Shown in pieces: positions 14,908 through 28,764 of a DNA stretch of 64,000 nt. Origin of the DNA: Eledone cirrhosa (taxonomy: Eukaryota); NCBI GenBank assembly GCA_964016885.1, contig OZ024746.1, positions 32,798,001 to 32,862,000 of the forward strand, read 5' to 3'. The position numbers and the translations under genes were made by a program. Numbering within the stretch: position 1 is the first letter of the stretch; every line of letters starts with the position of its first letter. The notes beneath the pieces were generated by a model that saw nothing but the letters and a program-made list of their open reading frames with translations, searched no databases and was not told where the DNA came from.

Positions 14908-15533
14908 CATACATTCACACAATCAAACATATATACACACGTACATGCATACACATACATAAATGCACTCCTCTACATATTCACACACGCAAATAAATAT
15001 AGGGAAAAAAATATATATATATATATATATATTATAAAAGCATTGAGACCGTTGCATAAGGCAGCAAACTGGACAGACAAGCGTGGTAAGAAACACACAC
15101 AAAAGCACATATACATACGCACGAAATAGTCAACGCATTCACACACTCTCACACATAAAAAAATTTCAAATACAAATACAAAAACGCATACATACGCATA
15201 CATGCAAAACCACGCACAAGTGTACAATCTATACACACACACACGTGTATACAACTATATGCACACACACACATATATGCATACATATACACACACATAT
15301 ATATACATAAATACAAACGTACACACACACATATATATACACGTACACATACACACACATATACATACATAGCTAAACAATTATACACATACAAATACGA
15401 ATATATCATAAACACGCACAACAGAACACAAACACACACACACACACACACGTATACACACACACACACACACACATATACAATTATCAATATATACACA
15501 CGCACATATGTACACACACACATATACACACAT

Positions 15534-15565
<32 letters not shown>

Positions 15566-15783
15566 CTATATATAACGAAGGAAATGTGGTAAGGAACCAG
15601 GTGGACCATAACGCACCAAAGTACTCAATACTTGAGGTAGTAGAGTGGGTAATAGGAACCAGTAAGACCCCGACAGCTGAGCTCAAGCCGTTTCGACGGC
15701 TAATTCTGGACTCTGTATTAGCCGTCGAAACGGCTTGAGCTCAGCTGTCGGGGTCTTACTGGTTCCTATTATATCTATATATA

Positions 15784-15828
<45 letters not shown>

Positions 15829-15868
15829 GCATGCATATACACATATACACACACACACACACACGTAT

Positions 15869-15899
<31 letters not shown>

Positions 15900-15932
15900 A
15901 TTATCAATATATACACACGCACATATGTACAC

Positions 15933-16016
<84 letters not shown>

Positions 16017-16242
16017 GCATGCATATACACATATACACACATACACACAACCACGCACACACACATGCATACGCATACACACACGGTTGATTTCTCATAT
16101 GAGTGTCAATCCAGTTACAGATCAGGTGCGGTCTCAGATGAGGACAGCATCTGAAGATCTCAGTCTTTGAATTAAGGCAAGCGGAAGTGTCTCTCAAGTT
16201 TAGCAAAATCCTATACTTGTGTGTATATGTGTATATGCATGC

Positions 16243-16310
<68 letters not shown>

Positions 16311-16359
16311 ATATGTGTGTGTGTACATATGTGCGTGTGTATATATTGATAATTGTATA

Positions 16360-16408
<49 letters not shown>

Positions 16409-16785
16409 ATGCATATATGTGTGTGTGTGCATATAGTTGTATACACGTGTGTGTGTGTATAGATTGTACACTTGTGCGTGGTTTTGCATGTATGCGTATG
16501 TATGCGTTTTTGTATTTGTATTTGAAATTTTTTTATGTGTGAGAGTGTGTGAATGCGTTGACTATTTCGTGCGTATGTATATGTGCTTTTGTGTGTGTTT
16601 CTTACCACGCTTGTCTGTCCAGTTTGCTGCCTTATGTAACGGTCTTAATGTTTTTATAATATATATATATATATATATATTTTTTTTTTCCTATATTTAT
16701 TTGCGTGTGTGAATATGTAGAGGAGTGCATTTATGTATGTGTATGCATGTACGTGTGTATATATGTTTGATTGTGTGAATGTATG

Positions 16786-16843
<58 letters not shown>

Positions 16844-17039
16844 GGTATGGCTATGTGTACGTATGTGTATGCGTGTACGCACGCGCATATATATATATAT
16901 GTATGTATATATATGCGTGTATATATGTGTGTGTGTGTGTGTATATATATGTGTGTGTATATATGCATGTGTGTGTATGTGTGTGTGTGTATGTGTGTGT
17001 GTATATATATATATATGTATGCGTGTGTGTGTGTAGATA

Positions 17040-17126
<87 letters not shown>

Positions 17127-17464
17127 ATGAATGTTTGTATATGTTTGTTCTTAGAGGAACAAAGGCAGACAGATTTCTGTATTCAGATTGGAGCCAATCC
17201 TTATCATTAGGTTTCTCTTTAGCTTACAGGTGTCTGTAAGATCAGTATGGGGTCAGTCATGGTAGATAGATTTGGAGGAAGGGGAGATTCCTTAAAAGCT
17301 AAATTCTTAAAGGTTCTAGTAAATTGATGAAGGTTTAGGGAATTCTGTAGACATTTTCTAAGTATAATCTAATTCACAAGACACTTGCACGCACACACAT
17401 GTGTATGGGGGAAATATATTTATATTTATATTTGTATACGCGTGCGTGCGTGCGCGCATACACA

Positions 17465-17541
<77 letters not shown>

Positions 17542-17663
17542 TTGTATACATATACAGATTCTCATCTATATTAAAACTTTCATGCTCTGCGGTGTACTGA
17601 GTGCCTTGCTTACTGTGGCTGCCTCCGATTCAACCCGGAATAACGTGTGTGTGTATGCGTGTG

Positions 17664-17707
<44 letters not shown>

Positions 17708-17948
17708 TTTATGTTTTTTCGTGTATGTGTGGTTGTATGTGTAGTCTTATTTTATTTTTCCTTTCCTTCTTCCTTCTCCAGCCTCACTTTCATATAGCTT
17801 GCTTTTTTTGTTTTTTTAAGATCCAAATTCAATAAACAAACCAGGATTTTTTCATTCTGAGGATTGAAAGCAAAACCTTTTGCTTTTAAGAAACCACTGG
17901 TAAATGGAATAATTGCCTTATGTTGTTTATTACATAATAATAATAATT
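13824..17948. repeat. Large inverted duplication, arms ~1.7 kb (13824-~15560 and ~16216-17948)
   Basis: Unique blocks are near-identical reverse complements (e.g. 14330-14590 vs 17130-17395); mirrored ORFs 14484-14960(-) and 16733-17239(+). Confidence 0.95.
15574..15771 (-). mobile_element. Family A PLE-derived short element with fold-back hairpin
   Basis: Perfect 55-bp arms 15650-15704/15717-15771, 12-nt loop. Confidence 0.8.
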
Positions 17949-18012
17949 AAGCTCTGTTGCTTACATAGAGCGCTCTTTTTTCCTGGACTTTTCTGACGGA
18001 ATTACTTCATTT

Positions 18013-18082
<70 letters not shown>

Positions 18083-18099
18083 GAGTAGCGTCCGAAACG

Positions 18100-18420
18100 T
18101 TAAGTAAGAAATTTTAATAGTATTTCTATTAAAAATGTTACTATATTTATATGTGTAGGGGGAAAATGCTTCGTAATAAGGGATAGAAAGATCTTAGCTA
18201 ATGGTGTGGCCACCTCCATATTATATGGTGGGTTATACCAACAAATGCGACGGGATCTATTTCTTCTTGGTCTATTTTCGTACTCTGTATATGCTACCTT
18301 ATCGACAAATCCACTCCGAGCAAGTGCTTCATTGTAATAAGTGGAATGGTCCTTGAAAATATGCTCGTTAGTAGATAGACGGGAAAGCCTCAACGAAACG
18401 TTTCTTACCAGATTCTTGGT
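18100..18420 (-). pseudogene. Penelope-like element RT-thumb/linker fragment, inverted relative to the rest of the element
   Basis: RLSRLSTNEHIF...YNEALARSGF...RRICWYNPPYNMEVATPLAKIFLSLITKHFPPTH. Confidence 0.8.
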
Positions 18421-18532
18421 TATAAATATAGTAAAATTGGTTATAAATATAGTAAAATTGGTTATAAATATAGTATTGGTTATAAATATAGTATTGGTTA
18501 TAAATATAGTATTGGTTATAAATATAGTAAAA
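18416..18532 (+). repeat. Six tandem copies of TTGGTTATAAATATAGTA(AAA) at the PLE inversion junction
   Basis: Direct reading, 18-21-bp units. Confidence 0.95.
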
Positions 18533-19100
18533 TTTTTAATAGAAATACTATTAAAATTTCTTACTCTACGACTCCTAACCTTGCACATAACATCACAGCT
18601 TCAAATTTAGCTAAACTACCTAGCCGTAGGAACACGTGCAACCCTGTAGTTAGTACTAACTGTAATTGTAGGAATCGGGTTGATTGCCCCCTATCCGGGA
18701 AATGCCCCTCTAGTAACATTGTCTACAAATGTAAGGTTGAAAATCCCACGTCCCGTAGGGCCTACATAGGGTTAACCGCCAATAGATTCAAGCAGCGTCT
18801 TTACATGCATACCCATTCTTTTCGTTACCCTCTAAGAAGGAATATGACGTTACTTTCAGCTTATATCTGGAGCCTAAAAGACAACCACACCCAATATAAG
18901 TTACACTGGGAGATCCTAGCTAGGGCTAGATCGTATAACGGAAATAAAAGACCATGTGACCTCTGCGCAGCTGAGGCCCTGGAAATACTTTACGCCACAG
19001 ACCACATCTTAAACAAAAAAATCTGAGGCAATTTCGGCTTGTAAACATAAATTGCACAAAACTTTCCTGCATTACATCCCCACATTATACCCTAACGGAT
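18518..19100 (+). pseudogene. Penelope-like element GIY-YIG endonuclease domain (C-terminal EN)
   Basis: KIFNRNTIKISYS...CNCRNRVDCPLSGKCPSSNIVYKCKV...AYIGLTANRFKQRLYMH...CDLCAAE...ILNKK/SEAISACKHK; +1 shift in an A-run near 19020. Confidence 0.9.
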
Positions 19101-20138
19101 AGTACGATCTATACGTGGATATTTTACGTCTTGATGTGGTAGCTAAGTATATGTTATGTTTATACCATTACTTATTTGCATAGGTAAGTATATATTACCT
19201 CTATGTTTTGTGAAGGTACGTATACTTTCTCGTACGTATATTTGATTGTATATGTTATGGCGTATAATTTTATATATTCTGGTACATATGGTTTGGTTAT
19301 GTGTATAAAGAAGTTTTGCGTCTGTGTGAGTATGCGGGTTCGTACGTATGTAGGGTGTGTGTATATGTGTACTTCATGTTTTGGTTGACGTACGTCTCCG
19401 AACATTTGTGTATTTCCATGTAGGTATGTGTGTGTGCTTGTTATATACGTATTTATTTATTTATATACGTTTATTTAATTATTTATTTATTTGTATACAC
19501 GCACACACATATTTATATGTGCTAGGTTTTGTATACCTATGGCAAGTGTTTTCGTGTATGCTTGTGTATGTACGTATTTGCATGCGTGTATGTATTTATT
19601 TAATTTCTATTACCTCTGTATTTTATTTTATTTACTTTATTGTTAACTCTGAAGCGGAGATTCATTCGGTTTCCTAGTTAGAATTTTAGTCTACGACTTC
19701 AGCTTTACTATTTACGTGGTTTTGTCTTTGCGTGCAATTGTTCTCCACGCTCCACATATGACGTATTATCATCGTTTTTTCCGTTCATTGCCAGAGAACG
19801 TCTCTATGAACCACCTAAGAGAACATTAGTCTACGACTTCTTTTATACCACAAACGTGGTTCTGTCTTTGCGTGTAATTGTTTTTCACCGCTCCTATTAA
19901 TGACGTATTATATTCGTTTTTTCCCGTTCTTTGCCAGGGAACGTTTCCACGAACCAAAGTATCGTCTTCCTGTCTTCCTCCGGCTGCAACGTTTTTTGAA
20001 ATATCCACTTCTGCGTTTACAGATTGACTTTGTTAGTTTCAGAAGATCCCGTTAAGGGTGAAAGCAGCGATTCTTTGCTTAAACTTTAATCTGTTATTTT
20101 AATAAATATTTGCTCTACGGTTCTTATATATTTGATAT
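19100..20138 (+). mobile_element. PLE 3'UTR/pseudo-LTR with ~139-bp diverged tandem duplication and degenerate HHR
   Basis: 19687-19815 ~ 19826-19956; CAGAAGA-TCCC-GTTAA-GGGT-GAAA at 20040-20063 upstream of AATAAA; 20105-20138 matches 36821-36854(-). Confidence 0.55.
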
Positions 20139-20619
20139 CCTAAACGGACGGTAGTCTGTTTAGTAATATTGTTGTGGTCGTGTTTTCGTTGGCAATCGTC
20201 TGTTTACGACAGTACAGCGCGGCTCTACTTTATTTAACTGAGATAAAACTTATATGAGCATGAACAGTAGATCATTACGCATCTTTTGGCTTAAAAATCT
20301 AGAAATTTGGTCCAGCGGGAAAAAGTTTATAATCAAAGTTTGCTGATAAATCTTGTGTTCAAGTGAGTGAGTAGTAAGCGTGACGCTAGGGGAGGTAATC
20401 CAGAAATGACGTAGCTTTGTCATTAAGCCAGTTGCCTCAACTAGATTGCAATTATACTCAAAAGAACTTTAAAATGTCAATCACTTGTCAGTAATTCACC
20501 ATGATCATTTAATTATTAGATAGTTGTTGCTTGCATTGCCTTAAAAAATAGTAGACCAGATAGAAAAATGCGTACAGCAAAAAAAAAAGTAATATTGTTG
20601 GAATATAAACCTTTAAAAA

Positions 20620-20740
20620 TACAGGACAAGAAACTAAAATAAAACTTTAAAAGAATAGGACAAGAAACTAAGATAAAACTTTAAAAGAATAGGACAAGAA
20701 ACTAAGATAAAACTTTAAAGAATTGGACAAGAAATAAAAA
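20620..20740 (+). repeat. ~34-bp tandem repeat AAACTTTAAAAGAATAGGACAAGAAACTAAGATA, about 3-4 copies
   Basis: Direct reading. Confidence 0.85.
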
Positions 20741-21267
20741 ATGTTACAATAATATTAGTGGCAAAATTTTTTTATTCGTTTCCTGTGCTATGCCCCAGTA
20801 TCTTCTTGATTAGTGCATAATAATTGTCATGCTCTCATTGTGCGTTGCCCCTGAGCGGTTGGTTCTGGTTGGGGTTGGTTGGCTGAGCAGTTCTGCTCCG
20901 TCAGAATGACCATTGCAAGAAGAATTGGCCGATGCAGCTGCAGGTCTCCTCCAAGAATGCACTTCTGGTCCCGCAACACCAGACGAAGATGGAGAAGACG
21001 ACCGGGACAAGATGTCGACTCTGACCACCGACTACGGCACCTCCCTCAACCAGCGGTCCTCCATCCCTCTGTCCCGTCATCCCTCCAGTCCTTCTGCTCC
21101 CCCTTCCTGTACCAGAAAGCTGTGGCACGCATTCATCTGGACTGCCGGACTTGAACTCAAGGACAAGATGCAAGGAGAAGATGGACGGGTTGGTCAAGAT
21201 CAAGGATGAGCGGGACGACAAGACCGTCCGCTGCTGCTCAAGATCTGTGCTTCAAATTTATTATTAT

Positions 21268-21356
<89 letters not shown>

Positions 21357-21516
21357 TATTAAGCTGTTAAACAATATTCGATGATTATGTCAAAGAATGA
21401 GTTTTACAGTAGATTGGAAGCACTTAACGGTATATAATTTTCAGGAGTTATTAATATATAAATCACTACCTTGATTAAATCTTAACCATTTAACATCTCA
21501 GGGTATGTCATGTATC

Positions 21517-21579
21517 ATTATATTTTGTCTGATGAGGACGTACTGTTGTACATCCGAAATATGTATAATAAAATGTAAT
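21517..21579 (+). ncRNA. Type I minimal hammerhead ribozyme
   Basis: Stem I 12 bp (21517-21528/21568-21579, two G-U); CTGATGA 21529-21535; stem II GGACGTAC/GTACATCC; GAAA; T-ATGT-A stem III; predicted AUA cleavage after 21567. Confidence 0.85.
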
Positions 21580-22062
21580 TGATTAAAAGAACATCCATTT
21601 TATTAATACTTATATATATATATGTATATATAGTTCAATAAATAACAAGAAAAACGCAGTGAGGCAAAAACACCAAGTCTCATTGATATCACGCTTGCTT
21701 TGTTTGAGAAAAGTTTCAGTGCGTTTAGTCTGCCATTTATATATGTATATATATATAAATATACACACACATACACGAACACACATACACATATATATAT
21801 AATTGCTTATATATATATATATACACCTAATTGTGTATGGTTGATGGTATATTTAGTTAGTTTCTACATGCTGTCGAAATGTTGGATAAATACTCGATTG
21901 AGGCCGCCGCGAAGAGGCTACGTTCGGTTATTTGTCGGAGATTTCTCCATAAGAGCATTTATTCTTATATCTTGTTCTAATTGATTTTTTATATGGTTAA
22001 TTATGCTAATTAGAAGAAGAAATAGTATATATTTTATCTGATGATTCTAAAGACATGATTTA

Positions 22063-22140
<78 letters not shown>

Positions 22141-22142
<2 letters not shown>

Positions 22143-22375
22143 CAAGAGATGTCAACATGAATGGACCTGTTATTTTTATCTAAAGACATTTTTTCCAATT
22201 CACCCCGCCCGTCCCCTCAATCTATTTTATTTCTCATTCTTTCTTCTGATGAAGGACTAGCGTCCGAAACGTTAAGACCCTCTTCCTGCTATTTCAAGCG
22301 TTAACTTAATATATACCTTCCATATACTGTACCGATTGTGTTGTTATTTCTGTTTACCTTTTACGTACTTGTAAA
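22141..22375 (+). mobile_element. PLE-derived short element with dimer-type minimal HHR
   Basis: TCTT-CTGATGA-A-GGAC-TAGC-GTCC-GAAACGTT-AAGA at 22242-22277; paralog at 30696-30920, fragment at 18079-18104, decayed copy near 37950-37980. Confidence 0.75.
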
Positions 22376-22593
22376 TACAAGGCTGACTAAACACACACGT
22401 GATTTTCTGCTGTAAAATCTTTGTTCCGTTTCTTATTACAATCGACTATCTTTCCATGTCTTCAATCGCCATTGTATCTTCTTTGGCTAACAACATCCGC
22501 TCCGTCAAGACTATTATCTGACTATATCAAGCTTTAAACCTAATATATATATAATCAGTGTAGTGTGGTGCCTTTTGTCGTTGCCATTTAGTA

Positions 22594-22689
<96 letters not shown>

Positions 22690-22697
22690 AGGTAAGC

Positions 22698-23054
<357 letters not shown>

Positions 23055-23643
23055 GTATAGACACACATATATATATATATGTATGTACACACACACACGT
23101 ACATATATATGTATGTATATAAATGTGTGTCTAAATTGATAATTGGTGCTTATGCTGTTTCTGTGGAGTTTAGCGAAGGGGAGAACAAGACTCACATATT
23201 TGAACAGCACGGCAGTCCACCACATTGTTCCTACCACCCAGGACATGCTAATATTCATTTCAAGCTGAATCGACTCTAGCAACAATTTCAAACAAACATA
23301 CGTACATACATATCTCTATATACATACACACATACACACATACATGTATATAAATATAAATATATATAGATTTATGTATATATACTCATAAATATACATA
23401 TATATATAAATACACACACACACACATATATATATATATATGTATATACAATTAAATATATATATATATAAATATATATATATATACAATATTTGTTAAT
23501 ATATTGTATATTTATTCCAATAATTTGTTGAGTGCTTTATATCAGGTATAAAAATATTTTGCTTGTTGCATCCCAACAAATTAAATATAACCTTTACATA
23601 TATATATATGTATATATATATATATTTATGTATATATACATAA

Positions 23644-23707
<64 letters not shown>

Positions 23708-23709
<2 letters not shown>

Positions 23710-23846
23710 CGAAGGAAATGTGGTAAGGAACCAGGTGGGCCATAACGCACCAAAGTACTCAATACTTAGGGTAGTAGAGTGGGTAATAGGACTCCAGAAT
23801 TAGCCGTCGAAATGGCTTGAGCTCAGCCGTCGGGGTCCTACTCGTT

Positions 23847-23850
<4 letters not shown>
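23708..23850 (-). mobile_element. Family A element with inverted 5' segment
   Basis: 3' part on the minus strand (23708-23791) joined to CCAGAATTAGCCGTCGAAA...TTCCTA on the plus strand. Confidence 0.8.
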
Positions 23851-23883
<33 letters not shown>

Positions 23884-24370
23884 ATAATAATAAATTTGAA
23901 GACTAAAATCCAAAGAGGGGTCGATAAGGATAAATATATATCAATATATATATACGATTATATATATATATATCTGTATATATACGTGTATACATACACT
24001 TATATATATGTGCGTGTGTGTGTGCTTGTGCATATGTGTACGTGCATATGTTTATGTGTGTGTCTCTTTCTGTACATATATATATCGTTTGGTAAAGGAG
24101 AGTGATACGAGTTTGTATGAATCAATATAAATAGAAATAAATAGTGTGTATATGTGTTTGTGTGCAAACACTTAACTAAACGATATACATGTCTCTGTAT
24201 GGAAGCAAATAGGCGTGAAAATGTAGGCAATTATGGAGAGAGTTATACGAATTGATATTTTTCCATTTCTTGTGTATTATATATATTTCTATATATTTCT
24301 ATATATATTTACAGAGACATTGATACTCCCACACACACACATATATATATCTATATATCTATACACACGC

Positions 24371-24442
<72 letters not shown>

Positions 24443-24446
<4 letters not shown>

Positions 24447-24581
24447 AGTAGACATTTATACTAACATATTCACGCGCGCGCACACACACACACACATATA
24501 TATATATATACATAAGTAGACATTTACACTAATAGATACTTATACACACACGCATACACAGACATACATGCACAGATACAA

Positions 24582-24612
<31 letters not shown>

Positions 24613-24683
24613 CATAAGTAGACATTTACACTAATAGATACTTATACACACACGCATACACAGACATACATGCACAGATACAA

Positions 24684-24724
<41 letters not shown>

Positions 24725-24795
24725 CATAAGTAGACATTTACACTAACAGATACTTATACACACACGCATACACAGACATACATGCACAGATACAA

Positions 24796-24834
<39 letters not shown>

Positions 24835-24905
24835 CATAAGTAGACATTTACACTAATAGATACTTATACACACACGCATACACAGACATACATGCACAGA
24901 TACAA

Positions 24906-24940
<35 letters not shown>

Positions 24941-25030
24941 CATAAGTAGACATTTACACTAATAGATACTTATACACACACGCATACACAGATATACATA
25001 CACAGATACAAACACACACACACACACACA

Positions 25031-25074
<44 letters not shown>

Positions 25075-25145
25075 CATAAGTAGACATTTACACTAATAGA
25101 TACTTATACACACACGCATACACAGATATACATACACAGATACAA

Positions 25146-25222
<77 letters not shown>

Positions 25223-25293
25223 CATAAGTAGACATTTACACTAATAGATACTTATACACACACGCATACACAGACATACATGCACAGATACAA

Positions 25294-25330
<37 letters not shown>

Positions 25331-25420
25331 CATAAGTAGACATTTACACTAATAGATACTTATACACACACGCATACACAGATATACATACACAGATACA
25401 AACACACACACACACACACA

Positions 25421-25472
<52 letters not shown>

Positions 25473-25635
25473 CATAAGTAGACATTTACACTAACAGATA
25501 CTTATACACACACGCATACACAGACATACATGCACAGATACAAACACACACACAAACACACACACACACACACACACAAACACACACATATATATATATA
25601 TACATATATACATATATACACAAGTAGACATTTAT
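24443..25635 (+). repeat. Compound minisatellite, ~100-150-bp units (about 9 full plus 2 partial)
   Basis: CATAAGTAGACATTTACACTAATAGATACTTATACACACACGCATACACAGA... plus variable (CA)n(TA)n. Confidence 0.95.
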
Positions 25636-25692
25636 AGGAGCGTATACTTGCACACACACACATATACAGAGATATACACACTCTGACATACA

Positions 25693-25755
<63 letters not shown>

Positions 25756-25925
25756 TGATCTATTTTACCTGACGTACCACGCACAATCATACACACAAAG
25801 ATGCGTCTGCACACCCATGCTTATGTATGTATGTCAGTGTGTGTATACATATGCCTACATGTATATACATCGACATAAATATACGTTTATACGTAAGTAT
25901 ATATATATATATATATATATGTGTA

Positions 25926-26019
<94 letters not shown>

Positions 26020-27267
26020 GTGCATATATACTTACATATCCAGGGTGTGTAAACGCACACACCCATACACACACACACATATATATACACACACACACAC
26101 ATATATGTATGCGTGTGTGTGTGTATGTTTATAAATATATATGTGTGTGTATGTACGTTTGATTGTAAAATGTATATATTCACATATCTATCTCAATGCA
26201 TGTATATAAATCAATCTATGTTGGTACGTAAATGTCAATAATGTAGGTAGAATGTGAAAAGATTTAAAGGACTGAATGATTTCCTGTTTTTATTGTGCCT
26301 TTACATTATACTGCTATTTATGTTAACTTTTTTTCTGCTCTTTATGTTTGATTTTAAGTTTTTGCGCTCAAACCGGAAGGGATCAGCAACACAACAAAAC
26401 GAAATTTGTGTCCGCTCCATTGCACCTCAATAAACTCTAGGCTGCATTCGTCTTTCTTTTAGCGAACAACAGCGATAGCAAAGAATAACAAGGACAACAG
26501 CAACAAAATTACAACAACAACAGCAGTAACAAGAGCTACAGCAATAGCAAAAAGAAAAAAAAGAAAAAATTTAAAATTTAAAAACAAACCAAACAAAAAA
26601 ACAATATGTATCTCCAACAAAAACAAAACAAAACAAACCTGCAATAATATCAATAACAAAAGCAGCAACAATAGTTGGAAACAATAGACATCTTCATAAA
26701 GAACTAACTAAACAAAACAAAACAAAACAATAGCAGCAGCTTCTCGCATCAACATCAACCCAAAAGTGCAAACAGCTGTAATAGAAATAGAAGAAAAGCA
26801 ACAACTCCACCATCAACGTAATAGCCACCACAACATATATCGAAACAACAACATATATCGAAACCAGTATGACGGCATCATCAAAAATAGTTCGATGACA
26901 AAGAGATTCTAGAAGCAGTTGCTGCATGAGCAAAGAACAAAAACAAAAAAACAAAAAAAAAAACAACAACAAAAAACAAGACAAAAAAAAAAGAACAAAA
27001 TGGTTAAAAACAGCAGAAATGTAAGCAGTAGGGCTAACAGAGTAGCGGAAGAATCAATAGAGAGTCAGGTAAAATATCTCGGGCAATTGGTTTAATTGTT
27101 TAAGGTGCTTGGTTCAAATTCCAGCTGGGTCTACTGTGACTCTTTTTATACTTACTAGATTCATAAAACAAATATCAGAAGAGAAAAATATATATTGGGG
27201 TATCAGATATAATATAGAGGATATTTCGCTTACACGAATAAAATACCTTGGGAGAATACCCCTTCTT

Positions 27268-27300
<33 letters not shown>

Positions 27301-27779
27301 ATCTATCTCTCTCTATATATATGAAGAGAACACACGTATTGCATGGGCATAATGCAACTTGTTATATAACTTTCAAGGAGTCCCAGAAACCTATCTGAGA
27401 TTTTTATCGATTTTAATAAATATGAGTATGTCCAGGTTAGATTTCAACCTTTCTGCATTTATCATTGTTGTCATATATGTATGGCCACTGCCTTCGGTTG
27501 TTTTTCTTGGTATCACACTTTTTAACTGTTGTGTATACTCTGGACAGTATACTCACACACACACACAAAACAAGAAAGCAATAACACACGCACTCAGACT
27601 CACACACATTTAGAAATGTATGGATGAATGTATGTACGTATACAACTAGATATGTCTGCATGTCTGCATGCATGCATGTGTGTGAGGTATGGATGTTAAT
27701 GTTTATGTGTGGATGTGTATGTTTTGAGTTATATGGGTGTATGTGCATTGCTTTGTATCTGTATATGTGTACATACAGA

Positions 27780-27955
27780 TATTTTTGGAATGTTTTACAT
27801 GTTTTACATGTTTCACACAATTTTACCGTTCCATTAATGGATTGTATTTGTAATTTCCTAACAAGTTGTATTTTTCTGTTTCTGTGAAGCACAGCTTCTC
27901 AAGATTTGCACTGAGGAAGTTACTAACATATCCCAGTGCCCCAATAATCACAGGT
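27780..27955 (-). pseudogene. C-terminal fragment of an RLE-type non-LTR retrotransposon
   Basis: [12 protein letters not shown]...LEKL resembles the PVVVGALG terminus of the Dong-like ORFs in this window. Confidence 0.55.
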
Positions 27956-28082
27956 ATGTATGTATACATATATATATATATACTGTATATATGTATGTAC
28001 GTATGCATGTATGTATTATATGTGCACGTTTGTATATGTGTATGTGTGTATGTGTATGTTTGTGTGTATGTGTGTGTGTGTA

Positions 28083-28133
<51 letters not shown>

Positions 28134-28160
28134 GTGCGCCGATTTTTCGATACTCGATCA

Positions 28161-28249
<89 letters not shown>

Positions 28250-28542
28250 GTGTGTGTGTGCGTATTCATGCTTTCCAATAATGTTTCTCTTAGGTGCCAA
28301 TCCAATATGAGCAGTCGTTGCTACCATTAATTTCCGCCATGCTGATGACTTTATTTCGACATTTTCTCTATAGCTGCAACATCATATGTATTTCTTGACA
28401 AAGCAACACACAACTGCCTGTGTGCACATCGATCAGCTGGGAAGGATAAACCTATTTTACTCTATAATTAACGTTCAGTCTTATTGTTAGTTGTTACAAA
28501 AATAAATTTTCTGTATAAATCTTGTCACATTATACATACTTT

Positions 28543-28764
28543 CAGACCTGTCAACTCTCCTTGCCCGACGGTGATATTTGCAATAGCCTTTGGGTTGAGT
28601 GAGAGATGTCTTCTCTTGTGAAAATGGGTATAGCTTTCATTATGTAAAATCTCTCAATGTTGCCTTATTTCTCCCTGTTTTATCTAAAAAGAAACCTTCC
28701 TTCCTGTTTTAGGACACTTTTTTAATGATACTTCCCGTTTAGGTTTTAGAGGCTGGCAGGTTTG
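28543..28764. mobile_element. MITE with short hAT-like TIRs
   Basis: CAGACCTGTCAAC ... GCTGGCAGGTTTG; diverged inverted copy at ~32905-33088; no TSD seen. Confidence 0.55.

Noticed and set aside
22038-22065. CTGATGA as another hammerhead
   Set aside because: No stem II or GAAA follows.
24443-25635. CRISPR-like repeat-spacer appearance
   Set aside because: The spacers are only variable-length (CA)n(TA)n; eukaryotic context and no cas genes.
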